A stretch of 34,826 bases of DNA. It comes from Paraglomus brasilianum. Lineage: Eukaryota. The position numbers and the translations under genes were made by a program. Location: positions 1 to 34,826 of the forward strand of contig CAJVPI010000334.1 in assembly GCA_910592345.1 (NCBI GenBank), in the 5' to 3' direction. Below are positions 11,963-23,866 of the stretch, piece by piece (within the stretch, counting starts at the first letter, position 1; each line of letters begins with the position of its first letter). Under the pieces are notes generated by a model that was given only the letters and a program-made list of their open reading frames with translations, ran no database searches and was not told where the DNA came from.

Positions 11963-14900
11963 ATGGACTCATGGGTAAACGTAGGCAATAGTATCAGTGG
12001 CAACGATGATGATGACGAGGAAGTCTATGCCGAAGATATCAACATATCCTCAAGCCCAACGCCAATTCCCATACCTTCTAATCCCCGAAAACAAGTACCC
12101 AGTACAGCACCACTTCGCACTTTGCAACACACAATTGCTCGTCTACCTCCCGACTCTCACGTATCACACCCACTGCAGAGCACTACTAATAACGCACAAC
12201 CTGAAACGTTTTCACGCGGAACACCCTCCACACCCTCCACACCCTCCTATTCATACACTCATTCACAGTTCTCAACATCTCCGTCGACAGTGTCGTCTTA
12301 TGTCAGCTCTTCTTATTTTTCCTCCCGGCCCATATCTCAAATAACTAATTATACAGCTTATTCTAACTCGCCGGTCGGAACTCCGAATTCAGTAGGAAAT
12401 ATAATCCTGAGTGAAGGTAATCTAGCAACAGGAGCAACTACGACAGAAGCAAACACACCACCACACTGGAATAAGGGACCGCAATCACAGCGCTCGGTGA
12501 CTTCTTTGAAAAGATTAAATAGTGGAATAGAACGCTTAAAGATAGTCTTAGAAGAAGGTACGCCCGAAGCTGAAGGTCATACCGAAAGTACAGGTTCCAC
12601 CGAAGCAATTAATATAACATCCAACAGTACAAACACAACAAACGCAACAAACACCACCAACATTACCAACGTTGATAACACTGCAAGTCTACGCCGTCAC
12701 CACTCACCAACGTTTACCTCTCCATCCTCACGTAGACCACACCGCCCATCCGCTCCGTCTCCATTAAATCCCCACTCTGCCTCTCTTTCATCTTCTTACT
12801 CTCCTTCGTCTTCATTCTCCGATCGTTCAATTCATCGCCTCAACCGCCGTCCATCCTCGCCAACAAAGCCTTTATATCTTGATCATTACAACCACGCAAC
12901 AAAAGTAAAGCCGGCGACTGCAACGGTATTTGAAACTCGATCGTTACGCAAGAGACCATCTAAAGACAACACGAGTGTTGAACGAACAAATTCAATGAAA
13001 GGGTCGAGTTTTTCGGAGGTTGAGAATATGGAAGGCAACAATGAAACGGGAAAGGAAGGCAACGGAGTATCAACAAATGAAAAAATTAAGGATTTAGACC
13101 AAGATCAAACTTTCACTCTTATCCCTAAACGAACTTCTTCTCGTGTCAAAGCCGTGAATTCTACGAGCTCACCTTCAGCTACGTCAACTGCAGTTGATGT
13201 AAAATCTGATACCGTTCTCGCATCCGACTCTAATTCACTCGGTAACTTTCGCTCATCTTTATCCAAAACGGCTGTCACACAAAACGTGTTTCGAGGCAGG
13301 TCCTCGGGAAGTGCGTCCCCTATTCCGGATGATATAACAATTGCACCAATTCCTGAGCTTGATGATATTCGTGGAACATATAATCATTACAAGTACACTG
13401 AGCCTAAAGATTTGGCCATGTATCAATATGCTGGTCGTGTTGACAGGTTAGAATCGATTTACTTTCGAAAGCGTGGTAATGAGTAACAGAATTGGAATAT
13501 CGAGCAATCATACATTCTGTACAAATTCTACACTTTTCTGATTACATGGTAACTGTGTGTTATTGCTTGTTAACTAATTATTTTATTTGACGTGATGGAT
13601 AGATTCGGCTTCATTATCTCGGGCGAAGACGAAGCTGCAATGCTGGAAATTGACAAAAGGTTGGTCTATGAATCTTTGCGAAGTTTTGTTTATTTTTAAG
13701 GAAACCTAGCAAGGCATTAGAGCAACATTAATATGGTATTCGTTTTTGACGAGTCAACGGATATATATTAGACTGTGAATAGCTCTATTTATCGAGACAA
13801 TACACATTGATCTGCAGGTACGAACTAAGAGAGTGCAAAAGATCGTTAAAATGGGCCCGTTGGTTAGCAACTACCAAATACATCCAACATTCTGGGAAGT
13901 ATGGGTCAACGTCTTATGTCTTTCCATCCAATAAGAAGGTAAATATTATACTATATTTCTGATATCCTCGAAGAAAACACGTTACGACGACTCTCAATTT
14001 GACTTTTTTTTTGTCATTCGTTCCTATTCATTTTACTTCCATCTATACAGTTCTCGGCTCGAATACAGAAGGGCATTCCAGACTCGTGGAGGAATCTCGT
14101 TTGGTATTATCTTGTTGCAAATGGAGCTGATGCTGAATTTGATGAGACTTTGGCGAAGACTTATCACGTAAGTACTGATTGCAATGTATTTTATTGATGC
14201 AAGTTTCTCATAATGTGTACATACTTTCATCGTATACGTAGTGCACATGCACTCATATGTTCACCTTCACGTTCTCCCTCTCATAGACGCTTCTTTTGTT
14301 AAATTCACCCCACGAGAGACAAATAGATTTGGACGTCCCTCGAACAACGCCCAGTCATATTATGTTTATGACACGCTATGGCCCTGGGTAAGAATATATG
14401 ATAGACTAGAAGTATTGAAAGAGGCAGGGGATGAGGAGATGGGTGATATAGTGATATATTGAAGTGCTAATCATGAGCTGAATTTTGTGCATACTTATTA
14501 TTAGGCAGCAAGCATTGTTCAATGTTCTGAGGGCATTCTCTGTTCATGATAAGCAAGTTGGATATTGTCAAGGCATGGCTGCTGTATGCGCCATCTTGCT
14601 GATGTATTATCCTGAGGAGGTATGATTCGATGTATTGCTTTGAATTGCCGTAACTAGATTCTATATTTACATCACTCACCTATGATATGTTCTACCTTTA
14701 GACTGCGTTCATCATGCTTATCAAACTATTCAACCGCTATAATCTACATCATTTATTCGTTCCTGGATTCCCTGCTTTACTGGAGAGCTTCTATGTTCAG
14801 GAACAATTAATGAATACATATATTCCAAAAATATTTGCTCATTTTGTAAGTAAAGGCCAAGTGTGAATCGTTTGTTTCATATGCAACGCACCCACACAAT

Positions 14901-15397
14901 GTATAGTACTAAAGAATTTGTAAACACCAATCCACAGGTAAATCTCAACGTATTATCAAATGCATATGCCACCCGATGGTATATAACATTATTTGCAGGC
15001 AATGTAGTTCCTCACCACACGGTACTACGAATATGGGACTTAATGATGCTGCATGGCTTTGATGTATTGTATTTTGTGGCTATTGCAGTTTTGCAATATC
15101 ATCAAGGTAACAAATAATATATAAGATGCTTAGTGTATAGTTGTGTGATTTCTGAATGAATATTGTTAACATTTGAAAATTTATACATCCATACCAGCGA
15201 CCTTGCTTGCTTCCGATTTTGAGAATGTAATGAGGTTGCTCTCCAATAGCCTTGATGTCAAAGATGACGACAAACTAATATGTAACGTGAAATGTATGTA
15301 TGGACGCAGAGGACGTAAGAAGCTTGTTGAAACCTTGAAAGCAGACTATAGAGCCAATGCACGGGGAAGTAACATTACTGAAGAGAAGATCTACTAA
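11963..15397 (+). CDS. TBC-domain Rab GTPase-activating protein with a long Ser/Thr/Pro-rich disordered N-terminus
   Basis: Nine exons in frame. DRFGF motif, KGIPDSWRNLVW, arginine finger IDLDVPRT, glutamine finger GYCQGM, RWYITLF, VLRIWD. Confidence 0.9.
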
Positions 15398-16374
15398 CTG
15401 TCTTGGGCTTGCCATTTTAAATATGGTTATAGTTGACATGCTGATCGCTTGGACGAGCGCTGGAGTAAGCACATTGGACAATACAAACCCTCGGAAATTT
15501 ATAAATACGTATTCTTACTGTCATTAATATTTAACTCAAATGTAGTCTTGTGTTTTACTCCCAATTCTTGCTTTTCCTTTTGTACACATACAATTCTCTA
15601 CCAGACATTCTTTTGTAAATAATGAATTAGTGTTATGTCGGACAATGGATTTTGATTAGACTATCTATCATGACTAAGATTAATTGATAAAATTATGTAG
15701 GTTCTTATTGATTATAATTTCAGACGGCGAGTTTAGTGAAAAATAAGTTAACTAAGAATTATATTGTATACGTAAGTCAAGTATTCCAACTAATGCAAAT
15801 AGATAAACGTAAATAAAAGTGTTGGCATTATTATTATCTAACAGTCAATCATATGTAATCAACATTTCAGCTTTCTTGGAGTTGCCCTATTTTTTATTGC
15901 AGAAGCAATTGGCTGAACATATTTTCCTTGTCAAACCCTTAAATGAGACAAGCTACTCACTAGTCATGGGCAATCGTTCCGAGGCTGCTTCAAGGGTATT
16001 TGGTTTCTGATATTCATTCTAATGAGTGTAGGGGATATTAGTATCATTAATGAACTGATAATGACTGAATTAACAATAGAGAAACATCTGGACTTGTTTT
16101 ATATTTGATGAAAATGCAAAACAATTTTCCAGTGAATTTTTAATCACATTTCTACATTATCATGCTTATTATCTATAGAAATTGGCAAACCTAACGAGAA
16201 GCGTAGATTAACTTTTGTAGGCGCGCTCAATGGAAGATGAAACGCGTTATTAATGAACTAAACCGAATTTGAACCGAACACCTAACAATGATGCGGTATA
16301 GTAATCACGAAAAAATGGGAGTGTTTCAAGGATAAAAGCAGCAGCGCCTTAATGAATACAAAAACTCAATATAG

Positions 16375-16970
16375 TTATACCGGAGCATCTTCGGGTACCA
16401 AGTATAGTTTGAACTTCGCATTCACTTCTGGTGGAACATTTAAATGAAGAAAGGGAAAGCTGACATATGTTAGAGCGTAGATATTTGCTTCATCATGCAA
16501 AGGGCGCATACCTCCGATATTTAAATCGATATTGTCGGAAATCAGCCTCCGGTAGCCAATTGGGTAAATAAACACTCCAATATTAAGTTGCTGATACATT
16601 ACACATGATCCGTGGTGTCAGATTATTCCTTTTATTTATATGTACAATGACACGTTGAATCACACACAATTGTGAATGGGATCGGCTTGTATTAAGGTTA
16701 ATGACTTGGTTTAACGTTGGATAAAAAAAAACCGAACGAGTTTTTGGAACCAATCCCAACACTTCTTAAACTCTCCAATTCACCGTCTTATTCCTTTGCA
16801 AATCGGTTATGAAATAATATCTTCTGGCAAACATATTTACCTGTCTATGAAGGCAAGGTCACATTATCCGTTCTATTGCATGTTCTGCAGTGATGGAATT
16901 AATTATAACCTGATGGTATCAGCAATATTAAAATAGCTTTCTAGTATGCAACTGGCGCAAAAATTCGCAT
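16375..16970 (-). pseudogene. Possible decayed multi-exon gene of unknown family
   Basis: Coding-looking blocks (MFARRYYFITDLQRNKTVNWRV*EVLGLVPKTR; TPRIMCNVSAT*YWSVYLPNWLPEADFRQYRFKYR; FPFLHLNVPPEVNAKFKLYLVPEDAPV*) lie between GT..AG-like gaps and contain in-frame stops. Confidence 0.3.
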
Positions 16971-17073
16971 ACCAAGATTAACTTGGTGGGATCTGAATAC
17001 TTTTTAAGGGATGGGGGAGTTGATATACTGATTGACAAGAGTTTCTTTTAAATTTTACGCTATATCTTTATTA

Positions 17074-18147
17074 TTATGACGCTTGTCTGTCTACTGGTAA
17101 CCAGAGTTTCATCTCTGGCGGTAATTCATCTTCCGCATATATTCTATCTGCGAAATATATTCGTCGCAACCTACAATTAGCATGTATCTGCACTCGCAAA
17201 GTCTCCACGTAATTAGTGCTATACGCCTTACGGGTATAATCAGCCAGGTTGAACTGAATTTGATTCCATCCTTCATCCAGACGCATTGGCATAGTGCAAA
17301 TGTAGGGTTTGACTTTTGTAACAGACTGTCTCGTGAAGGGAGAGAGAGAAAGAGAAAGAGAGAGAGAAATCATTCCAACTTAGTAAGCTTGCAGTACAGA
17401 TATTCAAATACTTTATTGTTTTCTACCTGAAAATTTGAAGCGCGAAAACGTCGTTTGATGCCCTTATCATCCAGTATCTGTACTTCAAAGGTAAAGTACT
17501 TCTTGACATTCTTTACTATAAGAACGAGGATCGGTAGCTTAATCCCGAGTGCACGATTGAGCTGTGCAGGACAAGTTATGTACGTGTTTGCTACATTTGG
17601 TGAGGCCAATTCGATGACCACTGATTGTATATCCTCATCAGTCACTCGATTTACATGACTCTCTTCATGTTTTGAGTCAGTCTCGGTATGCCAAATTTGA
17701 AGTGGTTTATTCCTAGCAAGGCATTAAGAACTGCGCATTAGAAGTTATATAAAAAGATTTGCGGTTGATATAATGCTTGTTCATTATGACCGCGCGCTGA
17801 GCAGTATTGTTCGTTTCTCCGATAGATGTTCCTGTGTTGATTGTGTTGATTTCTAAAAATGACGGGGCGAATTTCTTGTATAAATAGATTTATGTACAAT
17901 ATCAATTTCGTGAGGCGTTACTGCTTAGTTATTATGCTTTATGTCATACGTTCGTTGTCTCGGCGTTGCTTTTTGTGTTGTTGATAATGCAATTTAGACT
18001 CGTTAAGGTGGTAAAAGTCCCTTACCCGATACTGTACAGAATGGAAAGAAATCCCGTCTACAAATGTACACCGGATACGTAAGAAATTGCCAACTGTGAG
18101 ACGCAGTTATTAAGAGTTCTATGTACCTGAAAAATATTTCGAAACAT
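17074..18147 (-). CDS. CFAP20: Cilia- and flagella-associated protein 20 (CFAP20/BUG22/FAP20), 196 aa
   Basis: Exons 18147-18127, 18057-18026, 17712-17427, 17325-17074 encode [25 protein letters not shown]...TYITCP...LGIKLP...[13 protein letters not shown]...RRFRASNFQ...[22 protein letters not shown]...[16 protein letters not shown], which closely follows the animal/algal CFAP20 pattern. Confidence 0.95.
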
Positions 18148-18279
18148 CTTGTTGTATCTATAAGAGATTTGCGTACTTTATTTTATCATCGACACAACCA
18201 TAATGGGTCATGTGATATCAAGTGCTTGAATACATATTGATTATATTGTGTAACTGGGTCAGTTCAATGAGACGCGTTG

Positions 18280-18572
18280 ATTAAAAAAATCTTCCTTTCA
18301 ATGAGGAAGAGACGGAAGCTCTTGTCATTTTTTTCATCGAAAACGACAATAAAATATCAGTAGCCCTAGCCGCACAGTCAGACGACCAAGAAGCAAAATA
18401 CTTTCGAAGATTAATTGAACCTCGTATGTGCAACGCAAAAAATAGAGGATATTAAAAAACAGTTAGAAGATGCTAAAGAGCAGTTGAAGAAGGCTACAGA
18501 AGCAGATGACAAGCAGTTTGGATGGAAGAAGTAAGAAAATGAGGAGACTCATTGCGTGCAATGGCTGCTCAG
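18280..18572 (+). pseudogene. Relic of a short helical header plus coiled-coil gene (possibly Crinkler-like N-terminus)
   Basis: NLPFNEEETEALVIFFIENDNKISVALAAQSDDQEAKYFRRLIEP is followed by a GTATGT donor, then IEDIKKQLEDAKEQLKKATEADDKQF with a frameshift and stop. No intact start. Confidence 0.35.
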
Positions 18573-18732
18573 ACTTTTTGACTTGTGATCTGTAAACTTG
18601 GCGTGAACTAATCCTAGACGGTTATTCGCCTTCGAGTTAATCGACTATTTCCTTCCGATGGGACCAATTTGGAAGCCTAGGAGTATACTTGTATATGTTT
18701 AACGTACGTCTCATAGGCATTAAAAATATATT

Positions 18733-18847
18733 TCAGAGTATAAAGAACTACTCGTTTATTAAAAAGGAATATTAGTTGAACATTAAAGGAACATTAAAAA
18801 ACATTAAGGAATCTAACGGAAAGTCGCGCTTCTTATATTATTCGAGA
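18733..18847. repeat. Dispersed repeat, copy 2; candidate non-autonomous Helitron 5' end on the minus strand
   Basis: Homologous to 10237-10352. The minus strand reads A|TCTCGAATAATATAAGAAGCGCGACTTTCCG, i.e. a TC start after A. Confidence 0.6.
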
Positions 18848-19799
18848 TGTCAGTTCTTCTATTTTTGCTAGCGCATGTCTCCCTAACTAGCAAATTATTT
18901 ACTGAATTGATGCCATACGTGTGGATGTCACTTTCGATAAATATGGACGACATGTCATCTCTGATTTAAAAACTCCAAAAATCAGATATCAGATGTAAAT
19001 TACGGAAAACTACGCCATCCTTAATACATACATGGTCCTGAAAGTGGTTAGATCAAAAATTAATAGTTATGCTGCAGCAGCCTTAATCTGCGGAAAAGTG
19101 TAATGATACACCTTTGAATCGAGGGGTTAAACTTTTTTGTCTACCAGATATCCGCTCGGACCTGAGATCCTCTTTCCTTTTTCAGCGCAATCAGCATAAA
19201 TTTGCTGATCTAGTTCAATGCTTATTCTCTTAAAAGTGTGATAGCGAATAGTGGAATTTGCCGTCTTTTCTTTCTTTAATATTAACAAGGTTACGTAGCA
19301 TGAACGTAAAGAGGCATGTCTTTTCGGTAGTTAAAAATTAAATATAGGCCGAAGAAGACTGTTATGTTCAACTTTGTTAATACAGTTACGTTTAACACAT
19401 TATCCGTTACTTTATTAAATAGTAGAGGTTGCTAAGTTGGATAATTTTAAGGATTGATGGATGTGTCAATCGTCAGCTAAATTTGAGGAGCCAAAACAGC
19501 ACGCTTTAGAATGATCACTGCGAAATGCTTGTAATCGAGGTAATAGTAATTTTCTTAAATTCGTGAATTCTATCGCCTACATGACACCAAATTGCAGTTA
19601 CCAATGGTCGTGTGAATCCCAATAAAAAAAACTTATTAGTATCCTCCACTTTAGTTAACTCATGATTTATTCGTATTATTGGCAATATAATTCACGTGAT
19701 CTATTACTAATAACGGCGTGCATTTTGTGTAACACTATGAGAGTGTGTTGCTCTCAACTTTCTCGTCTCTATCTTTGGACCTACTTTCCCTCAACCATT

Positions 19800-21392
19800 A
19801 TGCTTAGCCTAAAGCCGAGCGTACTCTTTTCCCTCGACAAAATAGCCAGCAGAGCCATTGCCATAGCTGGGCCAGTGTTCATAGTAATAGCTGTCGTTTT
19901 GATTACATTGGCAGTTATAGCGTATTATACCGTTATATTCCCATATGTATTTGTATGGGATAAGGACTATATATGGTCGAAAGTCCATTACTATCTTGGG
20001 TTGATATGGAGCATTTATTTAACTGTGTGTATTGCGTTTCATTATTACATGTCCATAACGACTAAACCTGGAGGTATTCTGATTGGAGGCACGGGAGATG
20101 TAAGTAGGAACAAAAGAAGTTTACTGACATATATGTTACCGGGCTGTTATAAATTTATTTATTTTACTTTATTGCTTCCTTTAGCAAAATGAAGACCCAA
20201 CACTTCACGGTCTCTTCTTAGAACTGGAGGAATATCAAGAATTCCCAAAGACATGTAAAAAATGCCATCTTCCTAAACCGGAGAGAGCTCATCACTGTTC
20301 AGTATGCAAACGATGTGTGCTCCGATTTGATCATCATTGCCCATGGATAGCAAACTGTGTTGGACACTACAATCATAGGTACTTTCTCCTATTCATGACT
20401 TATCTTACGATCGCTTGCGCCTACTTTGCTACTCTTGGATGGCAACCATTTTTACAGAGTTTGGAATTTGATTACGAGGTATGTGATGATTCATCGTGCA
20501 GGCATGTGATTTAAACATAGAAAATAACTGAGGCTAATGACGTCATTTAATTCCAAAATGACATAGTGGGAATGGTGGATGCCCAGACCGTATGTGGCGC
20601 TAACATTCCTACTAGCAGTTTCCATAGGGGTGGCTTTAGGTAAGCGTGGGGCATACTATACAAGTGATCTTATTCATACCTGACCTGTGGGGGATGGGCA
20701 ATGTTCACTGCGTATTAATTCTCAATCTATTATATGGTTTTACAGGAGGAATGTGCTTGTGGCATTATTATCTCGTAAGGGAATCTGAGCATTTGTCCTT
20801 TTTCAAGTTTTATTGTCCAACTCAACGTGATTACGTATAACAGGTGGTCAGTGCGCAGACGACAGTAGAGTTCTATAATAACCGATATGCAAAGAGCGAG
20901 GCAAGGCGAAGGGGAGAGGTAATATAACAAAATCAGATATGATGTAGTGCATAACCAAGTGACTTACGTTTCTCTAACGATTGAATGCAGGTGTTTGTCA
21001 ATCCATATAGCCTTGGCGCTGTTAATAATTTAAAGCAATTCTTTAATGTCGGCCGAAACTAGTAAGTCCTTAGACAATGTAATATTGTTGGCCTTGTGTG
21101 AACATCTTAATGCGTTGGATATTACTAACAAATTTCTTATCACAATTTTACTCATCATAGTAAATAGTAAGTATAATTAACAGAACTATAGAAAGAACGC
21201 ATACGGTCACGTATTTGTATTCAGTTGCGGTTTACCATCTTTCTAATCACTCTGATATTTTTTAGCCCCATATATACGATATTTCTTCCAATACCAATAC
21301 CACCATCGGGTAATGGGAAAGTATGGGAGAAGAATGTAACGCAGCGTTATTCAACGGTACAAGTTGACGAGTACTCAGAAGATGAAGAATAG
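19800..21392 (+). CDS. DHHC protein S-acyltransferase (palmitoyltransferase, ZDHHC16-like)
   Basis: Two N-terminal TM helices, [48 protein letters not shown] motif, NPY...NLKQFF. Seven exons plus a probable 6-nt microexon. Confidence 0.92.
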
Positions 21393-22247
21393 ATAGATTA
21401 ATTATACTCAAGACTGTATATATAAAACACTATAGATTGATAGGTAATAATACCCGCATCACTCAATAATGGCCATCATCGAATCGTAAAAATAAATCGA
21501 ATCATTTATGATACATTATTATTATTTGACATTTATTAAGTGTCATGCAAGCAAACACCATTATTTAATAGTTATGTGATTAGTGTATACGATAAAAAAG
21601 ATATTCTTACTACAGCAATCTGTTAACTCGGCAGCAGAGCTCTGTCTACTTATCTATCGTGTTATATTATAACCTTCCTATCTATATCGTCTTTCTTTAC
21701 TATCTTTTTATTCTTTCAGCTTACTCGATTCCCGCGTCAACATTCTCAACTATTGTCCACGTGTTCTCCTTCCTCTCAACAACCTGTCTCTCCTCTTCTC
21801 TCGTCGAGGTCAATACCAACCCTGTCTCCACGCTTCCAAGCTGAATAACTTCCGGTACTTCTAATTCCACACTCCGTTTCTTACTCCTGTATGTCGCACG
21901 TACAAAAGCACCGTATGATTCCGGCGAGAGGTCGTGGGAAAGAATATGAAGAGCCTGTTCCGGTAAGAGAGAGTCAATATCACTTCTCGTGTATTTTAGG
22001 TCGTAAAGTCTTTGTCTTTGTGTTGACGTTATCTGTATGAAGAAAAAGAAGCGTGAGGGTCATGTCGGGAAAATGAATATGTTTGTGATAATAATGAAAA
22101 GACGAACCATGAATGGAACAGAGGCTGACGAAGACGAAGCTCTTAGGCCTTTGGTAAATCTCGGGTTAATAAGATTAGTATTGCATATTCTGTTAAGAAG
22201 GAATGAAGTCATTGTGGATCAAGTGAAGGGTTGCAAAAGTCTCACGC

Positions 22248-23866
22248 ATGGACAGTCCCACAAAATTATTGTCCCACAAATCCATGGGGGTGACAATACC
22301 CCAATCACATTCTTTGCTGAAACTCCCATACACCATGTCCTCTTCCGAACCTACGTCGCGTACTCGTCAATCATCACAAATCTACCGCTTCCCGATCCTT
22401 CCACCATCACATTACCACGGTTCGCCTGCACCTTATGCTCAACCTGTCGAATTAACTTCTTTCTCGTTCGACGGTACTCGTACACTTCATCTTGACGATC
22501 GCGAACTCAGGTACTACTACCCACCCGACCTCACATCTTGTGACCTCTCTGAAGGATATGATACATTTATCCAACGAGACGACTCTACGCCGGATCCGAT
22601 TGATGCCTTACTCGATGCATTGGTTGATTATGAAAAGACGGTTGGAGACAAAGTTGCAAGAAAGACGAATTTTGTGACGTGGAGGGGAATAATCACAAAA
22701 ATTCTCTGCACACCTTATAATAGGAATGAGCCATGGGTACTAGGTGCAACTTTGTGGAATGTAAGTGAAGAAAAGAGAAAGAGTTTGAATTCACGCAATG
22801 TCTACAAGATTTTATGATTACCAAAAGGGATTCAATGATAGAAAAGTGAGGTTCGTTTAGTCTAATTTGTAAACTTTCTTTTGGGGGTTTTTTGGGGGGT
22901 GGTTGACGTTGAGCAGAACACAATGTGAGTAAATATAAATTAAATATATTGAATACCCGTCTTTAATAACAATGACTTATCGTGTTCAATTAATTTCGCA
23001 ACCTTAGATACATGAACGAACATCTTACTTCGCGAAGAAAAGCTGAAATAGAAAGTGCAACACCTCGTCATAAACTGATGACATATTGGGGTTACAAATT
23101 CGAGAATCTCTGCACAGTTTCCGCGAAACCATCAGAAATTACTTCACCTGATCACCCCGAACTTCTCTCACGAAAGTCAAGCGTAGTAAATAACAATGTC
23201 CAGTATTGCTCTGTGGCAAAAGCTGCTTTGGGTAAAAATAAAATCATTATAGGAGCAGAAGTTGATTGTCTAAGTGATGTAAAGCCTGAAAAGGGTGAGA
23301 ATCCGATTGAGAGATATATCGAATTGAAGACTTCGAAAGTGATGACAAGAGATAAAGATAAGATTAACTTTGAAAGGTAAAGGCAACTGATATTGTTTAT
23401 CCCATTAAATACTTTATGACTATAATATAATAAATTTTGTCTCTCATTTTGTAGATATAAGCTCATTAAATACTGGACCCAATCGTTTTTGATCGGAATT
23501 CCACGAATAATAGTTGGATTCCGAGACGACAATGGATTCGTAAAACACTTGAAAGAATACAAAACATTAGAGATCCCGCGCATGGTCAGAGGAAAGCGGA
23601 ACATGTGGGTGAGTATTGTTATAAGACGTCCTGCAATACATATTAAATTATTAAAAAATGTGGGTTTACTTTTATTTAAGGATGCAAACGTTTGTTTGAA
23701 TTTTGCAAACAGCTTCTTATCATGGCTGAGGGTTGTTATAGCAGAAGATGATCCAAGAGCTAGCTACTTGATACGATTTAAGGAGCCATTTAGGGAAATA
23801 GAAGTACTTTTTATGGGTTGTAATGGAACAGCTGCGGTAAATGAGAGGTTTTTGGGGGTGCTATGA
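22248..23866 (+). CDS. RAI1: Rai1/DXO family decapping nuclease
   Basis: Exons 22248 (or 22335)-22760, 22917-22924, 23008-23376, 23455-23608, 23681-23866. Motifs FVTWRG, YWGYKFE, AEVDC, YIELKTS, KYWTQSFLIGIPRIIVGFRDD. The start may be the better-context ATG at 22335. Confidence 0.92.

Noticed and set aside
17337..17370. GA-rich microsatellite-like tract
   Set aside because: It is the polypyrimidine tract of CFAP20 intron 3 on the minus strand.
23152..23604. 150-aa antisense ORF over RAI1, and similar antisense ORFs over HOS2 and CFAP20
   Set aside because: Shadow frames of real exons with no independent coding evidence.
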